64,000 nt of DNA from Botryllus schlosseri (Eukaryota), in NCBI GenBank assembly GCA_051294905.1, contig CM119380.1, positions 2,542,001 to 2,606,000 on the forward strand. Reading direction: 5' to 3'. Every line of letters begins with the position of its first letter. Positions within the stretch are counted from its first letter, which is position 1. A program made the position numbers and the translations under genes. Positions 51,569 to 63,005 of the stretch are shown one piece after another. The notes under the pieces were generated by a model. That model had not been told where the DNA came from, searched no databases, and saw only the letters and a list, made by a program, of their open reading frames with translations.

Positions 51569-52549
51569 TATAGATAACTAACCTACGGATAGATACCAGA
51601 GATTAGCGGATTTGAAATTTCTATGTCCTAATCCAATCCAAATCCGAACCTTCAAATCCTAATCCATAACTTTTTCATATTCAAGTTCATGTCCAATCCT
51701 AATCCGATTCCAACTGGAAATTCAGAAAAAATACTAATTTATGCAATGGAGGGATCCGAAAATTTTCTTTCACAACCAACGATTCACTTGATTCAAGATA
51801 ACTTAGTAACCATATAAGTACATTAATAGCTGATCTGAATACAGTCTGTCGCCATTCGCCACACATTTCAATCTCCCAGAAAATAGATAAATCCAATCCA
51901 AATCCGTTCTGAAAAAAATGTCTAATCCAAATCCGACAAAATTTCACAAATCCTGTTTTTTCAAAACCTAATCCTAATCCGTGCTCATCTCTGATAGATA
52001 CCCAACACCCGTCGTCACGCTTGCTTGCTCGGAGGAAATACTGCTCAGCAATCTGAACTTAACGTAATTGCCAATCCCATAGCTGACGACACGAGCGCTC
52101 AAATTAAATAAGGTTGATCTTATTAGAAAGCTACTGTTGCACTGATTCCGAAAATATACATTAAAATCCGATCGGGGCTATGGAACCAGACCGAAATAGC
52201 GTCCAAAATCTGAAAATCGGCATTGTTCCAGACAATCGCATCGACGCACCACAATGACCATAACAATGACCCTTGCGTGTCTTCGATTGTTCAGAACAAT
52301 GCCAATTTTCAGACTTTGAGGTGCATTTCGAGGCGATTCCATTGCCCCGATCGGATTTTAATGTATATTTTCGGAATCAGTGCGACAGTAGCGTTCAAAC
52401 AAGATCAACTTTATTCAATTTGAGCGCTCGAGTCGTCAGCTACGGGATTGGCAATTACGTTGCGTTCAGATGGCTGAGCGGTATTTTCCTCGGAGCAAGC
52501 AAGCGTGACGACGGGTGTTGGGCATCTATCCGTAGGTTAGTTATCTATA
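51569..52549. mobile_element. Foldback (almost fully palindromic) DNA element, ~576 bp without its insert
   Basis: Termini TATAGATAACTAACCTACGGATAGA / TCTATCCGTAGGTTAGTTATCTATA. Imperfect arms of ~250 bp. Flanked by GCCTGAC at 51562-51568 and 52550-52556, which is a 5-bp CCTGA TSD if the termini are CTATAG. Confidence 0.88.
51597..51993. mobile_element. hAT MITE nested in the foldback element
   Basis: TIRs CAGAGATTAGC / GCTCATCTCTG. TSD ATAGATAC at 51589-51596 and 51994-52001. AATCC-rich subterminal repeats. Confidence 0.92.
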
Positions 52550-55500
52550 GCCTGACTCGCATTAGATTGCTGAGAACTCAGTTCCAGGCAATTTTGCATC
52601 AGAAAATCCTGTGGATTCCTATGAGGCGGATTTAAAACACTGTTGACGAAGCTAATGTAGCGACTTCTCCTTCCAGAAACTCCGTAATTACGCCAGTCAT
52701 AACGAGAGCAGGTCGCAGTGTTCGCAAACCGAAGCCATTTGACCAGCACGGATCTTTTGCAATCAATGCTCTATTTTCTCCTCCTGAGGGTGGATATAGA
52801 CACCCCTAGTGAAGGGAGGCAATTTTATTACTTCGATTGAGGTTAACGTGTGTCCAACCTCCGACTCGTTCCAGACCTCCCGTCAGATCAATGCGTAATT
52901 AGGATTTATATGTCTTACTGCTCAACAATTAGATATGGCAAGGCACATTTGCCTTCGCGCCATTTTAACACGTGCAAAAACAAAATATTTTTTTTTTATT
53001 ATACAACGACTTGGACGCGGGTACTATCACTGAGACCATAAAGTTAGCGTTCTTACCATGTTGTCGAACACCACACCAAACCTTACTTCTATACCTTCTT
53101 TGACAGGCTTACTTATTATTATTGCTATGCCATGGGGGCTATTTAAGTGTTTATATTTCTCTATTAGTTTGTTTTTCTCCATTAGTTTGTTGATCGTTCT
53201 AGGCTGTTTTTAGTTTATATGTCCTTTTACCCGTGATGCTGTCGTGAGCTATTTCAGACCAACCGGTCCGTCCAAATGTTCATGCACACTGCAACACCCG
53301 ATATACTACTCCACATTCGCGGATATCGATTTCGTCGGGCAACGATTCGGGTGACGATGCTGAGCGACCTTATTCTACTGTGTGACCTCGCGCTAAATCG
53401 ACAAGATGCCAGCGACTGAGTGCTCCGATCTACGCCGCCTGATGCATATTCCGCATCCAGCCGAAAGTCCGGTCCGGAACGCTCTATCTCAGACGATGAC
53501 CGCCACGATCGCATCTGCTCCGCTGACACACGTATTGTTCAGCTGGAAGTCTATACGCGCGTAGCCATGAGGTCTCAAGAACACACAATTTCGTTACTTG
53601 ACGGCCGACGACGACACCAGCTCACGACGAATATACCAATTCCGCTTCCGCGAATGAGTAGCACATCGCGTTTCCGTTGCAATTACCGACCGAGGTATTA
53701 TGACACATGCAACTGGTCACACCTGTATTACATGGTGACCTTTACTTTCTAGTTGTCTAGCCCCCTCGCCGCGCGACGATCTTTGATCGACTGACTCTTG
53801 CGCCGCGTCGGTGTAGTTATAATTATGTAGTTATAATTATTATTTTGTGTTTTGGTTTATAGGCTAGCGGTGTTTATTATAAAAGAAAAAACTTACTCTG
53901 ACATGATCAAATATTATCCTCTGTATTTGGCCTCGTTCCTTAATTACGTTATGAACATTACTGTTGTATAATCGTCTGTTGTTGACTTATATACCAATTC
54001 ACATTAACCTGCCTTACCCTTTCATTGTTACCCTTTCATTGAAACCAAGTGAAATTCCTTTTCCGTTGAGGGGATAATGTAGTGACTCTGTCAACGTGAA
54101 TTGGACTTCAGAGTATTATTAGGACTATCATGTGTGGCCAACTTACATTGTATCGTATACATCTTGTAACTAGTCAAAGCCATAATCGTTTTGTGTATTG
54201 CGCAAGTTTTGGAAAGATATATCTGCCTTTTTCGTACCGCGACTATTTCGCGATCCGTATTCCTATCGGCTAAAATTCACAAACTGTGTTACGTAAAACT
54301 AAAGATACATCTGCCTTTTTCGTACCGCGACTATTTTGTGATTCGTATTCCTATTGGCTAAACTTCACCATCTCTGTTACGTAAAACCAAGTTCTACATA
54401 GATATCTCTGCCTTTTCCATGCCGCGACTATTTCGTGATCAGTATTCCTGTTGGCTAAATACTTCATGACGTTTTCCGCAATTCGTTTCCTCATTGGCTT
54501 TTTCCATGCCGCGACTATTTCGTGATCAGTATTCCTGTTGGCTAAATACTTCATGACGTTTTCCGCAATTCGTTTCCTCATTGGCTAAAAGTTACAACGA
54601 TTGTTTCGAAAAGTTACAACGATTGTTTCGTACTACTGTAGTATAAACCCGATCCCTTGAACTCGATCGCTTGATCTCGTGATGCAGACTCATTTAACCG
54701 CTACTAGGACGAACATATTTTCTTGTCGTTTCCACGCAAATACATTCGTGTCAGAGAACTTTGCTGTGAATTGAAGAGCTTGCAACAGTACACAGGACAA
54801 CCTAGGACCACACTACTGCTGCAATAGACAAACAACACGGCAAACCACTAGAGGCTAAAAAAATAGCAGATCTGCAAGGGCGTTTCGACACCAAGCCTTG
54901 CGAAGCGCAATCGAGACAAGCGCTGATTGAGGAATTCGGATATACCGGAGTCTCAGAATTATGGATATAACTCATGGGATTATTTTGACTAACATCACAT
55001 ATTTTCATAGACGTTTTTTGTATCTGGACCATGCCATTTTTTTATCTTGACCATACTAAGTCGTTTCATCAAGTTGAGAAATTCAATCTACTTGTTAATA
55101 CTGAACACTGTATTAAATCAAAATACAGTGAAATAAATATATTTAGGGTAAATAGATTCATCGTAATTTTAGTTTTTTTATGGATATTATCTACATTGAT
55201 AAACACTAAACATAATGTTCATTGTGCGAAAGCACACTTTTTAGGCTTTTTTCACAAACGAACATCATGAATCAGGTCATTCGACATGATTGGTCTTCAT
55301 AGTCAATTATCTATTTAACTGATGTTCGTTATCAGCGACCATCAAAACCCCTGGAACGACTCCTAGATGTTCTGTAAGCTAAACCTGATGCGGCCTCGAA
55401 TCGGGAAATTTTTTTTTTTAGCTGCGGCTACTTCGTTGAGGAACGCACTGTATAAAGAAATTGCATCTTAAACAAAATTCCAACTATCGCCATTGCACGA

Positions 55501-56659
55501 TAGTTGCACTAATAAATTTTAAAGGTCAAGGTCCGCATCTCTGCGGCACGATTTCTTAATGTACTTGTTCGCACAGTTTCTCGACGCGACCTCCGTTCGC
55601 ACAGTTTCTCGACGCGACCTCCATTTATTCTAGCGACATAATTTCTTCCCAAGAGTTTAATAAATTCTACTTCAATGAATGTAGTTTGGAAATAAAAACT
55701 TTATTCACGCAACTTGAGTGCAATGTGGATAGTCAGCTGCCGTTCCATAACAGTGGATGTCTGAAGAAGATGGCTGCAGCAGATTTTTGTCTTGATTTCA
55801 TCTTAAATTCGAGACCACATCATATGAAGTGCCCCTTCAACTTCAACCTTGGAATTGATTTCCTACAAGCATGTTGCTATTTTTGCGCTGAAGAGATATT
55901 TCCATGGCTAAACCAAGTATCATCGTAACTCTTCTATAATTGTGCAGAGGAAGCAATCTTTAATTCTGCAAAGGAAGGTTTTTGCAAAGTCAACTCATCC
56001 ACCCTCCTGATGACGAACTTAGCGTCGACGAGCATCAAAAGTAAATAAGAGTAGAGTGGGAAAAGAGGGTGCCAGATAAAGAGATACTGCGAGATAGAAT
56101 GAGAAGAACTTTTAAATCACGCCGTGACAGTGTCGTAAATGCAATATAAAGCGTATATATATATATAAGCAGTGAATTACATTGTTAATGAATGCTTCTC
56201 TGGGGATGTGTTGATATTAGATAATGAGAAAAGTATGGTAAATTAACAAAATGAAAATATATCTTCATTTTCCCTCATAATTCGAAATAATGTTGAAATA
56301 CATTTTGAATTCTCTTTAATCCAGGTTTTTATATTAAGACATTAAAAGGTATTTCGGATACTACGATGCTTATTGTCTTGATACAATACTACAACAACAA
56401 TAATAATAATACTCAATTCAGATTCAAGTGCTCGAATCATTATGCCCAGCCCTAAAACCATGTGAGTTTAGTGTGCGCCATTGCCTCGCGGGAAAACCAG
56501 TCGAAAACCACTGATATAGATTTGTAAGTTGTAGCTATATAAGTGACGTCATTGGTTTCTTGAGCACGTTGAATAATAATTTCGAATTTTACAAAACGCT
56601 TGGCATCGATATGTTTAAAGGTAACGCGAGCATCCGAATATAGAGAGTAAACTGATGTT

Positions 56660-57010
56660 TCGGGATTGCTACGATATCACTCTCCTCCATATGGCCAATG
56701 CCGACCTTCACGAAACGATTCTGAACAATTTGATAGGTTGATCACAGATAACGACACGACACGTTATGTCATGGATGAAACGAAAATACGCAGTCTTCCC
56801 TACGGTGACAACGCTAAAACCGTCAAGAATGTAGTAGGTTATGACGCCAACGCCTTATACCTTGCATGTATCAATCAAAAACTGTCAACGTGATATGCTA
56901 TAAGGTGGATTTATGATCAGGAAAAGCGTTTGGCCTACTTTTGCGGAGCTCGAATGACTGGAATACGAAAGTCGCGATCGTGATATCAAAATTCATCACA
57001 CTAATCAATC
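56660..57010 (+). pseudogene. Polinton/Maverick-type protein-primed DNA polymerase B fragment
   Basis: ETKIRSLPYGDNAKTVKNVVGYDANALYLACI carries the polB region II D.N.LY motif. Downstream E*LEYESRDRDIKIHHTN matches the (E)WL.Y......I.H..N motif with TGG changed to TGA. Confidence 0.7.
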
Positions 57011-57499
57011 CAACTTTATGATCTACGGCAGTGATTCCCAAATTATGTGCCGCTACATATTCCGAAGTGTGCCGCGAATCTTCTATTTTTGGAAAAAAGA
57101 CTTCAACTTCTTTTAATGAGACATGGAGACTAGCATATGCAACTCAACATTCTGCTTATATTTTTGCTCAAATACTAATTTGACTTTCAATCTTACATCA
57201 TTATATTCTACATGTACTTCGTGTTGAATGAGGAATATAGATCCTATTTTGCTTGGCCTAGATTCAAAATCAGTAACAAATTGGCCGCGCATTTTTTCAG
57301 TAAAACTCGAGTAGGTTTCTGCTACCTGCTCCACTTGACCATTTAATTGTCTGCATTTAACTTTGTACTTCAGCAGTTTTTTCCTTGCCGATATGCTAAT
57401 TTCACTTTCAATGTTTAATATAGTTCCTTGTGTCGTTTTAGCATGAACCTAGGCATGAACGTGCTACGAACGGCCTTCCGGGTAATACGAACTTCTTTG

Positions 57500-58340
57500 A
57501 ATGGCGGCCACGGCAATGAACGCGCACGCGTACGACTCGCGAGGCAATCCACGTAGGTATTCTTGCCTACGCATACGACCTAGCCTTGCTTGCCCCGAAC
57601 ACCGCATCAAACAGCGCCTCATTACCCAGCTAAAGGCCGCCGCCGCTCTTGTTGGCATCCAGATCAACGCCACGAAGACTGAGGTTCTGGCCATACAAGC
57701 TCTACTGGAGAACGCGACACCAATTCAACTGGGAGAAATCGATCTCAAGTATGTAACGAGTTTTGTATACCTTGGTATTGACGTCGCTGACTCTGGAAAA
57801 GCGCTCAAGGCGAGGCGAGCAAAGGCCTGGGGCGCGGCAAGACGGCTACATAGCCTCTTCCATTCAAGTGCCTCAACCCAGCTCAAGACCCGTATCTTCC
57901 CTGCACCTGTATCTTCCGTACCACTGTCGAGCAGGTTCTTCTCTACGGAATAGTGGCCCTCACGCTGACAGAGAAGCTGGCTAAGACTCTCAACACTAAC
58001 TACGACGCACTCCTCCACTATGCACTCGGCATTCACCAGCCGAAGCATATATCCACGAATGCATTGCGAGAACTCACAGGAACGGTCCCGTGCCGTGTAC
58101 TGGCAGCTGAACGACGCTTCCGCCTAATCAGTCATCTAGTGCGGCATCAAGACGAGCAATCGGCCGCCGCCATCATCAATCACATTCCCACGGAGTCATG
58201 GCGCAGAGGTGGCTGGAATCGGAAAACATGGCGCTAGACGATAAAGACTGATCTAGCGCAACGCGGGCTGTCGCTTGAAGACGCCCACAACCGCCTACGT
58301 TGGAGACGCATAACACGAGCCCAAAACTGATTATCTCGGT
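57500..58340 (+). mobile_element. 5'-truncated LINE (RTE-like) RT C-terminus
   Basis: GILAYAYDLALLA (decayed YADD), VGIQINATKTEVL, VTSFVYLG, RRAKAWGA..RL...F, RRFRLISHLVRH, W...IKTDL...GL. T-rich tail after the stop. Confidence 0.85.
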
Positions 58341-58759
58341 GTTCTTTTGTTTCATGTTTTCTTTTGCCCTTTTTATTTTATCTAATTGAAAAGTCGATAT
58401 ATATATATAGGTTCATAAACTATTTTTACTTTTTACCTAAACTACTAAAAGGATCGACCGAACATTACTGCCCTAAAAGATAGATGTCAGCTGCAACTGA
58501 GTACTTTTGCTTTTCTGTGAACTTGAGTAAATGCATAAATACAAAATGCGCCATGTTATGTTTCAGCAGTTTTCCCCGTTCCCAAATACTACTTTCTCCA
58601 TGTTTTCTATTACCAATTTCTTTTTCATTGATCATACACACAAATTGAAATCCGATTTCTGACAAATGCGCAATTAGTTGAAATTTGATATTGGTGCATA
58701 TGTTACCAGCCTACCAGCGGCGACCAAGTTAATTGGAATATAGAAGATTCACTAGAAGC

Positions 58760-59170
58760 TGATATACAGTAATTCAATAGTTACCATTGGACTCGGCTCT
58801 TGGATGGTGACGCAACAATGCCGTCTGTCGGTATTATTGCTAATTTGGCGGCGTGAAGGACTGACGTGCGTTGTTAAGTCTTGAAAGATGGATATTTGCG
58901 TTGTATGTGATATCGAAGTGGGACCATTGTACGTACAACCAGGTAAGTCTAAAAGTGCTATGCAATTGCATGTAATCAAATTTATATATTTTATTTGCAG
59001 CAAGATGATATCGTTGAATCATATGCAGAGCGTATGGACACACTCGAAGGATTGGAAGCCACATAGTTGGAGTGCTTATCAAAAAGACAATCCGCACCAA
59101 CAATGACGTCAAGGGGTGGCACACTCGCCTAAACATGCGGGGACGGCGCAACATGCCATAATATGGCCTT
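58760..59170 (+). pseudogene. MULE transposase C-terminal fragment
   Basis: VWTHSKDWKPHSWSAY then, after a frameshift, IRTNNDVKGWHTRLN, matching the MULE RTNN..EGWH..+N motif. Confidence 0.7.
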
Positions 59171-59605
59171 ATTCTTGGGAATGGGGAAGCGTCGTCGTCT
59201 ACTTCATTTTGTATTCGCTGATTATATCTGTTGTTTTATTTATTCGAAATGGTTCGGTTTATTAGCAATTTTGTCAGTTCAATAATACAAAAATTGGGAT
59301 TCAATGAAAAGATAGGATGGTGTCGACAAGATAGGAAGGTGTCGAAACGACTGGGATTAGTCTATGAGATCAGTCTATGAGATTAGATTACAACATGTGA
59401 TTTTTTCACAGGTAGCTGGTAAGCAGCAGGTTGAAGGGCGACATTAGGGTTGGGGGAGAGGGATATTAGGGTTGAACTTGGGAAATTTAATTTTTATAAT
59501 TGAAATCTTTGATGCTCTCTTTTTTTCGATGGATACTTCCATGACCTCAGTGATGGTGCTAGTCTGAACGCAGACGGAGCTAGACATACATATACATATA
59601 TATTA

Positions 59606-61710
59606 GGGTAGTCTAACTGCGTCCGGGAGGAAATTCTAAAATATGCCTAAATGTCCGGAATATTGAAGGCTTTGAAGTAGGGTCAAGATTTTTTCGTAAA
59701 TAAAACCATAACAGCTGTTGATTTCATGTCAAGATTGTCAAGTATTGCACTTCCATTTTAAAAACTGTCATCTACCTGATGGTTAGTAAGTACGTGGGAA
59801 GGTGATGTTCAACATTTCAATGAATTGGCAGGAGCTCATACTTCACCTGTTCTGAATCAGCCACAAAGAAGATGGATGTAAAGTACAAGAGGCTCGACTT
59901 CTGAAGGATATGCTATATGATCACCACGCATACGATGCTCGGTATTGCCATCGTTTATTTCAGTCAGACAAAAAAAGAAAGTGACCTATTGAAATTTTAT
60001 AGAGCTCGAGTCTTGTGATGCGGATGGCATAATTAATGCCATGAAAGCTGAACTTAATGCGGCGAAAGCTGAACTATGAGAATGGAACCTCAATCAAAAA
60101 CATCGTGTTGCTATCGGGACTAGTAATGCAAGTGTAGTGGTCGGAGTGAACAATGGTGTGTACCAAAGGTTGAGGAATGATGCCCCATCATAAAATTCTA
60201 GAGAAAATTGTTTGTCATTCCCTACAACTGGTGGTGTCCCAGTCCTCAGCTGACTCATTGCCAAGAAATTAGGAAGTTCTGTTGTCAGAGACCTACAAAT
60301 GGTTCGCACATTCATCGCAAAGGCAGCTTGCTTATAATCGTCTCTACGAAACAATCAACGATGGCCCAACACCACTGAAGATATTGAATAATTGCAAAAC
60401 AAGATGGCTGTCGATTGAACCGGCTGTCCGACGAATCATTGATCAATGGGTGGAACTAAAAACCCACTTTGGAATAGTCAGATGGCCAGAAAAATTTTCC
60501 ACTGCTGAGATATTGGCCGATATGTACACGTACAGTGACGAAAGGAACCTGGCATACCTTCTCTTCTCTTCTTACATCCCATCTTTTCAGAAGTGCAGCG
60601 TGTCAACATCTTAACAAGTCTTGTGAAGGAAAGGTTGTCGACAAACTGAAGCTTTTTGAAGACTTATCAATGCTTTTTCAGTGTCTGATTAAAAAGCTGA
60701 TTGTACCCACAGCACGTATTGATGTCTTCAACGAGAACATCGAAGAATATCTCGACGCACGCCCATATTTGACGCATGGATTTGAGCACAAGGTGACACT
60801 TGGCGGATGAGAAGAATGGACGGCAGAAGAAAAGTGTCTGATAGCGGTCGCAACAGTTCCTAGTCAGTTCGTAGATGACTCAACAGGGCATTTCAGAACA
60901 TAAGGATGACGCATGGAGGTCTATCAAGAGCCAATGTGGACGGAGTTGGGTCGAATAAAGAGTGTGAAGTGCTCGGTCGTTGCACTTCCTCGACCGTCAA
61001 GAGGTTCACTGGTAGAGGTTTTGCAAAGGAATATGCCGTTAAGATAATTCCTTTTCGTGAAGCGCCGACGAATGAATCTCAGCGAAAATCCACTGAAGAA
61101 AGTGTACTGGAAACACTCAGTCACCGAAACTTTGTAAAATTTTACGCACGTATTCCGGATTCGAGAAGAGTTATTCCGGTGTTTGCAGCTATTACGGCAA
61201 CTCAAACAGCGACTACCGCAGAATTTAGAGATGCTTGAAAACATCTCGTTATTATCAATACTGCATCCCAATAAACCGCCGATTGCACCTATAATGCATT
61301 TGCTGTGAATGTCTAAATAGTTAGCGTTACACAGATGACACCGAAAGATTTTGGTCCGAGGTACTGGATTGCCAAGGTTCGTCGGGGTCTAATCCATTTC
61401 AAGAAATAGCAGAATTTGCAACCAGCACCTTGGTGCTGCCGCACTCGAATGCCGATATCGAGAGAGTGTTCAGCAGCATGAATCGAGAGAGTGTTCAGCA
61501 GCATGAATGAAGTCAAGTCGTAATAACGCGGAACTTGAAATGCTCTCGTTAATATTGACGATAAAGTTTGGTCCGAGTACACATGAAAAATGTTGTATAA
61601 GCTGCCCCATGCCCTCAAAAGTTGTTGAGTGGATTGTTACCATGGCCACGTACTGGACTAGGTCCAGCCCAGGAGATGAGCCTGCATGCTCTTCCATCGC
61701 ATATTCATAC
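59606..61710 (+). pseudogene. ZNF862-like hAT transposase relic
   Basis: Degenerate TAGGG terminus at ~59606. GTSNASVVVGVNNGVYQRL, ETYKWFAHSSQRQLAY, CKTRWLSIEPAVRRIIDQWVELKTHF, and a C-terminal PHSNADIERVFSSMN motif near 61440. Confidence 0.8.
60950..61160 (+). pseudogene. Protein kinase N-lobe fragment embedded in the hAT relic
   Basis: EVLGRCTSSTVKR (Gly loop), KEYAVKII (catalytic Lys), EESVLETLSHRNFVKFY (helix C and H.N+V). No HRD or DFG motif follows. Confidence 0.65.
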
Positions 61711-61897
61711 TTTACCCGGATTCTATATGAATAGTTCCAGATATCTGTAAATTGCATGATTGCATTTTCGAAAATTCTTTCCATTGGCGTGGGTAAGATA
61801 ATTGTACCACCTAAAAATACACATTGAACGCTCTCTTTCGAAATTTCATGCAGGTGATGTCATATTTTGTGATACGATTGTTGATACACCATGTTCT

Positions 61898-62833
61898 TGT
61901 TATGTTCTTGATCTTGTTTGAACTTAACTCAATGCGACGAGGTTGCAATAAGAAATCAGTATATAATCAGCAGTATAACTTTATAACTTTAAGACAGGCG
62001 ACACGATCCAGAGTGCAGTTAAATAAAAGACCACGAGACAACAGAACACAGGGAATAAATACGAAGCACGACACACGAGGAAATAATGATTGGCGGTAAT
62101 TACTAATCCTAGATAAATAAGAAACAAACGATACCAACGTAAAATGCACGAACATAACAGTCCTCCCCTGTAAGTTAAGAGTACAAGGTGATCTACGTTG
62201 GCCGATAGAAATCAGTTTGTTTTCTAATTCTAAGCGGATAACGTCTGCCCGACGATCGAGCAGGACTAGCTGCAGGGCGTTGTGCCCTATTCCTGACCAA
62301 TGGTTGCTCAGCTTGGGACTGTTGAGGCTGAGCAACTTCCTGTGTGGCTGTATCATTACTTGTGGAAATCAAGCGTGGTTGGAGTTGGTTTTTATGCCTT
62401 CTCCAATACCCATGATCTGTTTTTATAATGTACACAACACGCCCCAGTATTTCCGTCACCACGCCAGCAACCAACCTTGGTCCGCTTCGGTAACTGCGAG
62501 CGTAAACCGAGCAACCAATCTCGAAATGAGTGACTGATTGTCCAGGCGTAACGGGTTTCGATTTGTCGAAGGGCAGGCACAAACTTAACAAATTGCGCTG
62601 CTGTCGAGCATGTAAGATCTCGGCAGGCGTTTTCCAGTCTATGCCCGGGTGCGGTGCACATCGGTACGAGAAGTGTTTGGAGCGCGAAGTTGAGATCTTC
62701 TCCCCCGTCGCAATTTTTTATCAATCCAGCTTTCAAAGTCTGGCCGAAACGCTCCGCTTCCCCGTTAGAGGCAGGGTGAAAAGACGGTGATACGATATGG
62801 CTGATTGCCAAATTAGAACAAAACGTATCGAAT
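61898..62833 (-). mobile_element. Truncated Mag-like Gypsy copy (LTR 61898-62159 plus integrase C-terminus)
   Basis: Reverse complement of the LTR and pol end of 29925-34771, with a frameshift. Cut at ~62833, just before a CAGTGCTTTTCAACC hAT terminus at 62838. Confidence 0.93.
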
Positions 62834-62837
62834 GGAC

Positions 62838-63005
62838 CAGTGCTTTTCAACCTGTGTGACGGTTCGCACTTGTGCGAATGAAAAAATTTGCAGTGCGAAT
62901 GACGAACATGGTGCGAACGGTGCGAATGAAAATCCCGGATGAGTGCGAATGACGAAGGTGGTGCGAACGGTGCGAATGAAAATCCTGGATGAGTGCGAAT
63001 GAAAA
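62838..63005 (+). mobile_element. hAT-type left end with GTGCGAA(T/C) tandem repeats
   Basis: CAGTGCTTTTCAACCT terminus, then ~50-bp repeated units built from GTGCGAATGA and GTGCGAACG. Confidence 0.55.

Larger units (their letters stand above)
47930..54823 (+). mobile_element. Non-autonomous LTR retrotransposon (gag only, pol deleted)
   Basis: 5' LTR 47930-49616 (535 bp once the hAT insert is removed) and 3' LTR 54078-54823, both TGTAG...CTGCA. 4-bp TSD ATAG at 47926-47929 and 54824-54827. TGG-initiated PBS candidate at 49617. PPT GAGGGGATAA at 54068-54077. Confidence 0.88.

Noticed and set aside
51620-51985. Telomere-like CTAATCC/AATCC repeats
   Set aside because: They are irregular and confined between the TIRs and TSD of a hAT MITE, so they are subterminal repeats.
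50197-52820. Separate inner LTR element defined by TGGCGCAGC (50198) and a purine tract (~52811)
   Set aside because: No matching direct repeats flank these sites. The outer LTR pair with its TSD explains the region.
53254-53752. env-like third ORF in the gag-only element
   Set aside because: Only short overlapping ORFs, with no signal peptide, furin site or transmembrane segment evident.
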